Source: an uncultured archaeon
GTDB taxonomy: Archaea > Nanohalarchaeota > Nanosalinia > Nanosalinales > Nanosalinaceae
Assembly (NCBI GenBank): GCA_964421955.1
Contig: CAYQYU010000001.1
Coordinates: forward strand, 76,521 to 140,520
DNA length: 64,000 nt
Direction: 5' to 3'
Every line of letters begins with the position of its first letter. The stretch's first letter is position 1. Below, one piece after another: positions 1 through 8,110 of the stretch. A program made the position numbers and the translations under genes. The notes beneath the pieces were generated by a model. The model saw only the letters and a program-made list of their open reading frames with translations. It was not told the DNA's origin and searched no databases.

Positions 1-38
1 TTGCTCTTTCCGTCCATGTTCTTCCCGGCTCCATTATT

Positions 39-263
39 CTATTCAGCCTCTGTAAAGTTCTCCAGAGATTCCTGCTTCAGGTAGTGTAATTTGGCTCTTC
101 CTACGGCTCTCTGCTCGATTTTTTCCTCCGCCTTCAGAATCTCAAGGTACTTGGCTGCAGTGGCCCGGCTGATGTCCAGGTCGTCCGAGATATCACTGAT
201 CGTGGAACCGCGAGGATGGTTTGCAAGGTACTCCAGAATTCTTTCTCTTGTTCCGGTGTTCAA
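39..263 (-). CDS. small winged-helix DNA-binding protein (MarR/ArsR/TrmB-like)
   Basis: 74-aa ORF. The HTH-like stretch STISDISDDLDISRATAAKYLEIL followed by a wing-like KIEQRAVGRAKLHY is typical of small archaeal wHTH regulators. Confidence 0.6.
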   Translation of the reverse strand: MNTGTRERILEYLANHPRGSTISDISDDLDISRATAAKYLEILKAEEKIEQRAVGRAKLHYLKQESLENFTEAE

Positions 264-398
264 TTCCCTCCCCCGTTGGTTATCATTAATGCTAACTCCT
301 TATGATAGACAATAATGATTCCCCGTTTATAATTCCTTCGAAAAATTAGGGCCTAAAATACGGTTATCACGGGTTAGAGACGTTTTCGCCCGTGAAAA

Positions 399-845
399 CT
401 ATATGTAGACAACGGCGACTCCGGCGACCTCACCCAGCAGTGCTACAAGAACCAGCCACTGGTAAAGCTCCGCGTTATCTTCCAGCCGGTCCTGCGCATT
501 ATCCGAAAGCCGGAGGGATTTGCCCGCCTGCTGGAAGGCGGTCGCGGCCTGGGCAAAGCTCGCCGCCACACCAGTAGTCGTAGTTCCCTTCGCGGTACTT
601 AACGCTTCAACACTGTCGTTAAAGCTGGGACTGCTTATGATAGCCTCCGCCCGGTCAAAGTTCATGTTGGTCTGCCGCACATCCTTTGCCGACGACTGGA
701 ACACCAGCGTGGCGTGGACTGACACGATTAGAAGTGCCGTTGAGGCTATCACCATTACCTTCCCGAGTTCTCGCTGGTCGATCATGTACTCGTTGTGGAG
801 TTCAGAAATCTTTGCCCGGATATTTCCCGTTTCGGGTAGCTTCAT
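399..845 (-). CDS. hypothetical membrane protein
   Basis: 148-aa ORF with two hydrophobic segments (VMVIASTALLIVSVHATLVF and WLVLVALLGEVAGVAVVYI). No recognisable family. Confidence 0.45.
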   Translation of the reverse strand: MKLPETGNIRAKISELHNEYMIDQRELGKVMVIASTALLIVSVHATLVFQSSAKDVRQTNMNFDRAEAIISSPSFNDSVEALSTAKGTTTTGVAASFAQAATAFQQAGKSLRLSDNAQDRLEDNAELYQWLVLVALLGEVAGVAVVYI

Positions 846-877
846 ATCCTATAATCTTCTGCGACCGTTTAAATTGG

Positions 878-1252
878 TTAACAGGGCTCTAGTTCAATCC
901 CGTATTCCCGATTCCATGTCCTGCAGTTCTGGCCGTAGACCCGTGTCTTCTCCGCCCATGAAGTTCCGATCGAACGATTATTGAGGCCACAGATCCTCTC
1001 TCCCAGGTCAGCACATTTTGCGGATATGTTCGCTACAATACCACACTGCGACTTTTGAACGAAGCTCTCTCGGAAGGACTCGTAGCCCAGGCAGCTGTCA
1101 CCTGCGGGAATACCGTGGCAGAGCTTGGTCTCGGTGTAACAGGTCGAGTCCGCGGTGAAAACAGGGACGCCGTGAACCACCGCCAGGCCCGCGACGAGAA
1201 TTAGAGCAGTAGCGGCGTAGAGGTGTTTTTTCCCAAAATCCGGCATCTCCAT
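878..1252 (-). CDS. small membrane-anchored Cys-rich extracytoplasmic protein (paralog of 10066..10506)
   Basis: 124 aa with an N-terminal hydrophobic anchor (LYAATALILVAGLAVV) and 9 Cys. Shares the motifs C.GI.AG..CLG.E and W[AS]E...Y.GQ...W.....L.PC with the ORF at 10066..10506. Confidence 0.5.
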   Translation of the reverse strand: MEMPDFGKKHLYAATALILVAGLAVVHGVPVFTADSTCYTETKLCHGIPAGDSCLGYESFRESFVQKSQCGIVANISAKCADLGERICGLNNRSIGTSWAEKTRVYGQNCRTWNREYGIELEPC

Positions 1253-1306
1253 GTTGGTTTACTTACCTGCGTTATAAGTTTAAAACTACGCTTCTAGCAA
1301 CAGGCT

Positions 1307-1711
1307 ATGAGTCTCGATGTCTGGATGGTATTCGAAGCTGTGGCGCCTGACAGGGCCTCACTCGAGGACGCTCTCGAAGACCATGTAGAGATGCTTGAGA
1401 GCGAGAATGGTATAGAAATCTCAGAGAAGGAAACAGATGAAATCTCGGAGATGGAGAACCCTCACCCCGGGCTTGACAAGGGTTTTTCGAGCCTGACAGA
1501 GATAAGGGCTGAAGTAGAGGACTTTGCAAGACTGATGGAGTTAGTCATCAACTACGGACCTACCTACGTCCAGCTTGAGGGTCCGGACAGCTACGAACTT
1601 GGCCTCCGTGAGGGCCAGGAAGCTCTCCAGAACGTCGCGAACACGATGCACCAGTACGCTCAGAAGGGAGCAGGAGGAGTGCTTATTTCAAGAGCATCAG
1701 AAGAAAACTAA
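1307..1711 (+). CDS. acidic hypothetical protein
   Basis: 134-aa ORF with D/E-rich composition like the rest of the proteome. No recognised domain. Confidence 0.45.
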   Translation: MSLDVWMVFEAVAPDRASLEDALEDHVEMLESENGIEISEKETDEISEMENPHPGLDKGFSSLTEIRAEVEDFARLMELVINYGPTYVQLEGPDSYELGLREGQEALQNVANTMHQYAQKGAGGVLISRASEEN

Positions 1712-1745
1712 GCTATTTAACACTCAGCTAGACAGAAAAGACATA

Positions 1746-2633
1746 ATGAGGAAACTGCTCGCCGCCGCTCTTGTCGTGATGTTTGTCTGCACGGCAGCGG
1801 CCACCACGGTTCAAAAAGAGAAGGTGAAGGTCGATCTCTCGACCTCAACTGTGAAGGTCGACATGGAGATCAAAGACCTCACCTCGAACCAGTTCACTTA
1901 CCTCACAAACTATCCTGCCCGGAACATACGCGCAAATATAGATGGTTCTCCTGTAGAATGTAGCATCGAGGACCGCACGATCGGGTCTGAGATCACCTGT
2001 GAACCGCCGGAAACGGAAAGCTTTGATGTCAACATGACTTTCAACGGCGCCGGATTTACCGACTCCCTTCAGGATGTCAAGGTCTTCCGGTACAGGCAGT
2101 CCTTCTACCGGCCGACCCAGAACTACAGTATGAAAGTTATTCTGCCCAGGAGCTCGGGTATACTCAACGATCAGAACATGTCGATACCTGTGGTTTCTCC
2201 AGGAAACGCGGATATAGGAAGTGATGGTCGCAGAATCTTCGTCAGATGGAGGATGAATCCCGGTCTGGGTGACAGTACAGAATTCCAGGTCGCCTACGAG
2301 GAGTTCTCAAGCCCTGTCCGGCCACTCCAGTTCGTGGGTATAGCGTTGCTTGCGTTTGTGATGGCAGTTGGAGCTTACCTCGGGTACGTAAGACTGAACC
2401 AGGAGAGCATAGAGAACACGTATGAAGAGCTATCCGAAGATGGCATAGAGGTCGTCGAAATCCTGCGAGAAAACGGGGGAGAGATGCTGCAGAAAGACGT
2501 TGTCAATACACTCGATTACTCCAAATCGAAGATTTCCGGTATCGTGTCAGAACTCGAGGAGAAAGAGATAGTTGTGAAGGAGAAAGAGGGCAGAAGCAAC
2601 AAACTTTCGATTTCCCGGTACTACAGGGGCTAA
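1746..2633 (+). CDS. membrane-tethered winged-helix regulator-like protein
   Basis: ATG at 1746 (MRKLLAAALVVMFVCTAAA signal/anchor). About 220 aa of extracytoplasmic region, a second TM (FVGIALLAFVMAVGAYLGYV), then a C-terminal wHTH (LQKDVVNTLDYSKSKISGIVSELEEKEIVVKEKEGRSNKLSIS). The upstream part of the tracked ORF (1575..1745) overlaps the previous gene. Confidence 0.6.
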   Translation: MRKLLAAALVVMFVCTAAATTVQKEKVKVDLSTSTVKVDMEIKDLTSNQFTYLTNYPARNIRANIDGSPVECSIEDRTIGSEITCEPPETESFDVNMTFNGAGFTDSLQDVKVFRYRQSFYRPTQNYSMKVILPRSSGILNDQNMSIPVVSPGNADIGSDGRRIFVRWRMNPGLGDSTEFQVAYEEFSSPVRPLQFVGIALLAFVMAVGAYLGYVRLNQESIENTYEELSEDGIEVVEILRENGGEMLQKDVVNTLDYSKSKISGIVSELEEKEIVVKEKEGRSNKLSISRYYRG

Positions 2634-2936
2634 CTACTTTGGCACCGTAATTGCAAATGTTCTATTCATGCCTCGATAACTATGTACGCAGAAACACCTG
2701 GCCTCTGTTCTGTTCTGGACTTCCTCTGACAAATTGAGACTTGCACGGTCGGCGGAGAAGCATGAAATCGTACCGTTAAAGCTCTTTTCCTGCCTGACCT
2801 GGTCTTCTATGTTCTTACAGAAAAGGTCTTCCTCTTCGTCTTCCTGACCGTTAAACTCTGCGGTGTATGCCATTAAACCCACGAAAAGCCCCGCGATAAC
2901 TGTGGCGGCGATTATTTTCCAGTTTTCCATTTTCAT
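2634..2936 (-). CDS. small membrane-anchored hypothetical protein
   Basis: 100 aa with an N-terminal TM (IIAATVIAGLFVGLMAY). Its start overlaps the stop of the upstream gene by 4 nt, giving an operon with 2933..6252. Confidence 0.4.
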   Translation of the reverse strand: MKMENWKIIAATVIAGLFVGLMAYTAEFNGQEDEEEDLFCKNIEDQVRQEKSFNGTISCFSADRASLNLSEEVQNRTEARCFCVHSYRGMNRTFAITVPK

Positions 2937-3607
2937 TCACCGGAGGCGCTTACAGTAAGCCGGTCCTCTATGGATCTTCGGGAGTGAACGCCTTCCATCG
3001 TCCGGTTACCGTTTATGACTATAGTCGGCGTTTCAGTCACGTTGAACTGGTTTGACAGTATATCCACCATGCCGTCATCCATCCGTGTCGGTATCGAGAA
3101 TACCAGTAGATCGTTGCCGTATCTTCTTTTCAGGAGCGTTAGCTGGCGGCCCATGTTTTCACAACCGGAGCAGTCTTCTTTTTCAAGTGTGGTTGTGAAG
3201 AAAAGTATGGTATCGGGGCTATAGTTACATCTTTCCCTGACCTCCTCAGCGAATATCCAGTATCTTATGCCTGAGAGTATGTACTGGCGCTTGATGTTCT
3301 GGAACTCCTGAGAGCTGAAGAAGCTGTCCTGCTGGTACTCCTGCACCAGATCCAGCCTCTGGTTGTATCCCGAGACGATATCTGTGAGCGCGATCCTGAG
3401 AACGCCGCAGGACTGGGTGTCGTCGGACCGGAGATAGGAGAGCTGCAGCTGGTTGCTTTCAAGTTCTATGAGGTCTTGCTGTATACCGGCATCCAGGGAC
3501 TCGGACCGGGTCTGGTCCATCAGGTTGCTGAACATAACTCCCATTAGAAAGACCATGACCGTGAGAACGAGTGCGGCGCCGTACCTGTATTTCTGGACTT
3601 TTCTCAT
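2933..3607 (-). CDS. membrane-anchored thioredoxin-fold protein (CxxC)
   Basis: 224 aa with an N-terminal TM. The C-terminal region ILFFTTTLEKEDCSGCENMGRQL...TPTIVINGN resembles a thioredoxin/DsbA-like fold with a CSGC motif. Confidence 0.5.
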   Translation of the reverse strand: MRKVQKYRYGAALVLTVMVFLMGVMFSNLMDQTRSESLDAGIQQDLIELESNQLQLSYLRSDDTQSCGVLRIALTDIVSGYNQRLDLVQEYQQDSFFSSQEFQNIKRQYILSGIRYWIFAEEVRERCNYSPDTILFFTTTLEKEDCSGCENMGRQLTLLKRRYGNDLLVFSIPTRMDDGMVDILSNQFNVTETPTIVINGNRTMEGVHSRRSIEDRLTVSASGE

Positions 3608-3613
3608 TTTTCA

Positions 3614-5002
3614 TTACCTGCTGTAGATCACGTAGTTACACGTATCTCCCCTGATTTCAAAAGACTTTCCGTACCTCTGGTTGAGCCGGTTCTCGAACTC
3701 TTCTATACTGCTTAGGCATTCCCTGTTACCTCTGCAGTCCCAGTAGCACTGGTTAATGGCCCAGTGATCTATCTCTCCTCTTTCCTCCTCGAAGATCTCG
3801 GAAAGCTCAGGCGGCGGTAACTCCTGGTATGAAAAATCGGCGTAAAGATTGGTTGCAGGATCATTAGTGGCTATCCTGCCCTCGAGAGTGGAGACCTCCC
3901 CGAGAAACTTTCGGCGGTCAGGATTCTCCCATGTCACCGCGTTGAAGGTCGTCATGAAGCTGTAAGACATGACCGCGATTATGGCTGCAAGGAGCAGCCA
4001 CTCGATCCGAATCTTTTCCAGATCGATCCGCTCCTTTAACTCCAAAAGCCCTCTCGCAGAGAACACGGCCATAACCGGGAGGAATGGCAGGATGTAACGC
4101 TCCAGTTTCAGGGGAAACACCCCGAAGAAAACGTAGAAAACTACAAGTCCGGAGAAGAACGCACCATAGTTCCAGTCCCTGTCACTGAAGACCGCGTAAA
4201 GTCCGACCGGGAGGAATATCTGGAGAGGATTCGACCTGACCGCCCCGACAAGGTAGTATGCGAAAGCAGTGTAGTCAGCGCCCGCAGCAGCTGTGTTGCC
4301 AGCGCTTACCAGGAACGGTTTCAGCATCGACCCCTCAAAGAACTGGAGGAAGAGCATGTACGGGACGACTATTAACGCTACAGCCGTTGCAAACCTGGAA
4401 ATACTGTTTATTGAACTCCTCAGGTCACCTCTCTTGATTCCCCTGGCAAGTATGAAAACAACCGCAGCTACCCCCACGAGCGCGGCAGGATACCTGAACA
4501 GGAAGGCCGAGGCCGCCAGAACCCCTGCCGGAAAGTATTTTTCCCGGGTGACCATGTAGAGAGACGCGAAGATCAGTATTGAGGAGGGTATTCCGGTCAG
4601 TATTTCAGGTGTGAAAAAGTAGTAGACATGTGATGCCGCTACTATTCCCGCGGTCGCGATCGCCTCCGTCCTGCCAAACAACCGGTCCGTCAGAGTGTAA
4701 AATATTCCGATTCCGATCGCTGATACTCCCAGACCTACCAGTCTCGGGTAGCCCAGCATCGGCATTCCCAGTTTCCAGAAGAGTCCTATAATCATCGGTA
4801 CTCCCGGACCTCTCAAAGCGGACCAGAATCCGTATTCGCCCATGGAGTAGATGTATTTGCCGGTGGCGATGTAGATACTTGAGTCCCAGAGCAGCGGTTT
4901 CTGCCATATTGCTGCGATCAGCACCAGCTGGCCGAGTATAAAAGCGGCTATTATAACGCTAAGCATCCAGTTCTGCTCCAGCCATTCTCTGAATTTTACC
5001 AT
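3614..5002 (-). CDS. GT-C fold glycosyltransferase (family 39/83, ArnT/PMT-like)
   Basis: 462 aa with more than 10 predicted TM segments, an acidic first-loop motif (LWDSSIY), and a soluble Cys-containing C-terminal domain. Overlaps the upstream GT2 gene by 7 nt. Confidence 0.65.
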   Translation of the reverse strand: MVKFREWLEQNWMLSVIIAAFILGQLVLIAAIWQKPLLWDSSIYIATGKYIYSMGEYGFWSALRGPGVPMIIGLFWKLGMPMLGYPRLVGLGVSAIGIGIFYTLTDRLFGRTEAIATAGIVAASHVYYFFTPEILTGIPSSILIFASLYMVTREKYFPAGVLAASAFLFRYPAALVGVAAVVFILARGIKRGDLRSSINSISRFATAVALIVVPYMLFLQFFEGSMLKPFLVSAGNTAAAGADYTAFAYYLVGAVRSNPLQIFLPVGLYAVFSDRDWNYGAFFSGLVVFYVFFGVFPLKLERYILPFLPVMAVFSARGLLELKERIDLEKIRIEWLLLAAIIAVMSYSFMTTFNAVTWENPDRRKFLGEVSTLEGRIATNDPATNLYADFSYQELPPPELSEIFEEERGEIDHWAINQCYWDCRGNRECLSSIEEFENRLNQRYGKSFEIRGDTCNYVIYSR

Positions 5003-6252
5003 CTTCCCTCTCTCCGCAGCAGGAAGTCAACCGTGACTTTGGCCCACATAAGTCCTATGAATAGGAAATACCAGAATACATAAATTATGACAGGAATGTA
5101 TCCATGTTCGAAGAGTTTTTCCTCAGTGTGGATCGCAGAAAGGTAGGAGACAAATATTGACAGGAAGAATAGCGATCCCAGCAGCATCCAGGTGACCACG
5201 TCAAAGCTGATAACTGACCAGTAGAATCCGGAGAAAATACCCTCCACCGTTATCTCATCCAGGTTCAATGTTATAGCGTCCAGACCCACTGCGAGAAAGT
5301 CCAAGACAAAGCTGTACAAGGGCTTGAGGAGAAGGTAGGAAAGTAGCGACAGTCCCGCAATTGAGAGAAATCCCTGCGCCAGCTTCGACGGTACCGCAAA
5401 TATTCCGAAGTCACCGTACTCCGGGTTCATCATCATGTGCTTGTACTTGAGTATGTTTTCGAGCGAGCCCCGGTACCACCTGTACCTCTGGTTGTAGAGC
5501 TCCTTCAAAGTTGCCGGAGCCACTGTGTGAACTTCTCCCTTCCGGGAGTGTCCGACCTCCCAGTGCTGTTCCTGGAACCGGAAACATATCTCCTGGTCCT
5601 CCACAAGAGAATCCTCGTCAAAACCTCCCACATCTTCCAAGATTTCCCTCCTGTAGATGCTGAGCGGTCCAGGAGTGACATGTATGGAGTCTATCAACCC
5701 CATGACGTTCCGGAGGAATATTCCAACCATGTATTCTACCCACTGTAGCCTCTGAAGCAGATTGCCTGGTTGATAAACTTTCATCGCGGAGGCTATTCCT
5801 GCCTTCTTGTCGTCCATGTCCGCCACTATATTCTTCACGGAGTGCTTGTCCAGCCGCGAATCGGCGTCGACACACGCCACCAGGTCTCCCTCGGCCTCTG
5901 CAAGACCTGTATTTAGTGCGGCACCCTTGCCCTGGTTCTCTTGGTTGATCACAGTTATATCGTGCTCTTCACTGTATTCCTCGACTATCTCCCTTGTCTG
6001 GTCCTCGCTGCCGTCGTTGACCACAATAATGTCATACTTCTCTTCAGGGTACTCTATACCGTCCACGGACTCTATGGTCATGCCGATGGTGTCTTCCTCG
6101 TTATAGGCCGGTATTATCAGGCTGACTGATGGCCATTTCTCGGGCCAGTCTGGGTCCTGCCTGAGCCGTCCTTCTTCAAGGAAAACCAGGAGCAGGAAGA
6201 ACGAGATATACAGGATTACCGCGTAGATAACCCATATCAGCTGCCTGAGCAT
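4996..6252 (-). CDS. membrane-integrated family-2 glycosyltransferase, processive synthase type
   Basis: 418 aa. GT2 motifs: SLIIPAYNEE, IIVVNDGSEDQT, VDADS and QRYRWYRG (QxxRW). One N-terminal TM and about 4 C-terminal TM segments. Confidence 0.85.
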   Translation of the reverse strand: MLRQLIWVIYAVILYISFFLLLVFLEEGRLRQDPDWPEKWPSVSLIIPAYNEEDTIGMTIESVDGIEYPEEKYDIIVVNDGSEDQTREIVEEYSEEHDITVINQENQGKGAALNTGLAEAEGDLVACVDADSRLDKHSVKNIVADMDDKKAGIASAMKVYQPGNLLQRLQWVEYMVGIFLRNVMGLIDSIHVTPGPLSIYRREILEDVGGFDEDSLVEDQEICFRFQEQHWEVGHSRKGEVHTVAPATLKELYNQRYRWYRGSLENILKYKHMMMNPEYGDFGIFAVPSKLAQGFLSIAGLSLLSYLLLKPLYSFVLDFLAVGLDAITLNLDEITVEGIFSGFYWSVISFDVVTWMLLGSLFFLSIFVSYLSAIHTEEKLFEHGYIPVIIYVFWYFLFIGLMWAKVTVDFLLRREGRW

Positions 6253-6291
6253 GAATTGAGTGAATCTCTAAGAAGTTAAATAAACTTGGAA

Positions 6292-7440
6292 TCAGTTCTT
6301 CATGATCTCCCGGAGGAAAACAGTCGCGTAACAGCCCTTTGGAAGGTCGAACTTGACCTTCATCTTGTTCTTGGTCATGTTGAGATCGTCCTCGTCAATA
6401 TCGACAACCTCAAAGTTCCTGAAGTCCGCGAATGCACGCCTGTAGCTGCCTTCACTCCTCAGCTCTGGGAAGTCCTGTAATCTGAAGTCTTCCTGGTCGA
6501 CCCCCTCTTCCTCCAGGATTTCTTCCAGGATGTTCTCGGGCTTATTGTCCTTCAACTCCGTCTTGTACCCAACCAGAGGGATCTCATAGTCCTCATCGTA
6601 CCAGTCTTCCTCGAGCAGCCTTGAGAGCACCCGGTTGTAGACCCAGGACTGGTACGCGTGGATAAACAGTTGCTGGAGTCCTTCCGGCAGCCGCTTGATC
6701 GCGCCCTTGTAGTCCTCCTCGTTCTTCGTGAGGTGGTAGAGAAGAGCTTTCTCGTATCGATAATGTTTCGGGAACTTCTCGGCCATGTCCTCTACCTGTC
6801 GCGTCTCCCAGAGTTCCTCCCGGACTTTCCGGATCGATTTATATTCCTCGTCGTAAGGCTTTGCGATGTATGTCCAGACCGCCTCCTCAAACTCTCCCCT
6901 GAGAATGTGTCTACCGACCTGATGTGTGATCGGCCTTGTTGAGCCGAATCTCTGGTCCCCGAAATAGTTGGGGAACTTGCCGTCAAGCTCGTCCACAACC
7001 TTCAGGGCCCGGTTCCTTATATCCTCTATAGGCATGTTCAGATCGCGGACTGTAATCTCGAACCTGTTTGCATCAAGATTCCCGAGACCTATGTAACCAT
7101 TTTTGCCGACAACCTCAAGGTCAAACTCATCTGTAAATATCTGGTTGACATCTTCCTCCGTGACGCCCTCGATAGAAATATACTGCTCTGTAACCGCTCT
7201 TTTGTCTTTGTTTCCAGCGTATCCAACGCGCTTCTTCGAGATGTGGAGTATATTCGATAGAGTGTCGATTGCCTCCATCGTGGTCATGTTCTGCTTTCTC
7301 AGCTTCACTATCAGGTGGTCTCCTTCGCCCGTATCGTGGGATGCAAGTTCCTTGACTATGAAGTCGTTAACCTGCTCCTTTGTCTGTCCCTTTATGCCAG
7401 GGAGATCAGAATAGTAGGACCACTCAGGTAGTTCTTCCAT
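6292..7440 (-). CDS. truD: tRNA pseudouridine synthase TruD/Pus7 family
   Basis: 382 aa. Contains the catalytic-loop motif VGYAGNKDKRAVTEQ and DQRFG, both characteristic of TruD. Confidence 0.85.
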   Translation of the reverse strand: MEELPEWSYYSDLPGIKGQTKEQVNDFIVKELASHDTGEGDHLIVKLRKQNMTTMEAIDTLSNILHISKKRVGYAGNKDKRAVTEQYISIEGVTEEDVNQIFTDEFDLEVVGKNGYIGLGNLDANRFEITVRDLNMPIEDIRNRALKVVDELDGKFPNYFGDQRFGSTRPITHQVGRHILRGEFEEAVWTYIAKPYDEEYKSIRKVREELWETRQVEDMAEKFPKHYRYEKALLYHLTKNEEDYKGAIKRLPEGLQQLFIHAYQSWVYNRVLSRLLEEDWYDEDYEIPLVGYKTELKDNKPENILEEILEEEGVDQEDFRLQDFPELRSEGSYRRAFADFRNFEVVDIDEDDLNMTKNKMKVKFDLPKGCYATVFLREIMKN

Positions 7441-7470
7441 TTTTCTAAAACACCTCTTTTCTAATCTCCT

Positions 7471-7818
7471 TCATTCTATCAATTTTAGCTCTCCTGTTAT
7501 TGAATCGATTTTTGACTCTTCACCAGGCCCTATCCCGAGGGCGGTTTTTGTCCCCGGCTCAAGCTCGGTCATACCCGCATCGGTGACCAGTGCCGATGGA
7601 AGGCCTATGTCTTTGGACCTGTGGTGCAGCGTCTCCAGTTTCTCTCCTCCCAATCCCAGGGCAACTTTCTTCGCACCGGTCTCCTCCCAGTTCCGCTTTT
7701 TCTCACCTGAGGCCTTCTTGTAGGCCTTAAGGGAGGCGTGGCAGGCCTGGGCAATCATCTTACCGGTTGACATCCCCAGATCCTCTCTCAATACAATAAC
7801 CTGCTTATAACTGGTCAT
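7471..7818 (-). CDS. pth2: peptidyl-tRNA hydrolase, archaeal type (Pth2)
   Basis: 115 aa. Motifs MSTGKMIAQACHAS and VTDAGMTELEPGT are typical of Pth2. Confidence 0.85.
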   Translation of the reverse strand: MTSYKQVIVLREDLGMSTGKMIAQACHASLKAYKKASGEKKRNWEETGAKKVALGLGGEKLETLHHRSKDIGLPSALVTDAGMTELEPGTKTALGIGPGEESKIDSITGELKLIE

Positions 7819-7925
7819 AAACTGATTGTTCCTCGTCCAGCTTTAAGGTTGTTATCAACAACAGATTACCTCTGGAGTTTTAAGTACCTGTCGGTAACAA
7901 CGAATGCTGGTCGAGCGTAACCAGT

Positions 7926-8071
7926 TGGGTCCGCCCAGATTCGAACTGGGGATCTTCGCCTCGCCTGCCAGGATCAGGCGGCACTCCGGACGGGTTCAAG
8001 GGAACCCGACATCAGATACCAACAAAATCCTGCTGTAAGGGCGACGTCATAACCAGCTAGACCACGGACCC
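7926..8071 (-). tRNA. tRNA-Val(TAC) with a 72-nt intron
   Basis: Minus-strand cloverleaf. Acceptor GGGTCCG/CGGACCC plus discriminator A. T-arm CCCAG-TTCGAAT-CTGGG. Anticodon stem TCGCC/GGCGA with loop C-T-TAC-A. Intron 8033..7962 lies after position 37; exons are 8071..8034 and 7961..7926. No encoded CCA. Confidence 0.75.
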
Positions 8072-8092
8072 GCAAATAGGTTAGCGACGGTA

Positions 8093-8104
8093 ATTTTCTT
8101 TAAA
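8093..8104 (-). promoter_or_regulatory. candidate TATA box for tRNA-Val
   Basis: Minus-strand TTTAAAGAAAAT is centred about 28 nt upstream of the tRNA 5' end (8071). Confidence 0.4.
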
Positions 8105-8110
8105 CCTTCT

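Noticed and set aside
1575-1745. N-terminal extension of the membrane-tethered wHTH ORF.
   Set aside because: It overlaps the preceding gene (1307..1711), is Arg/Thr-rich, and a signal-anchor sequence begins at Met 1746.
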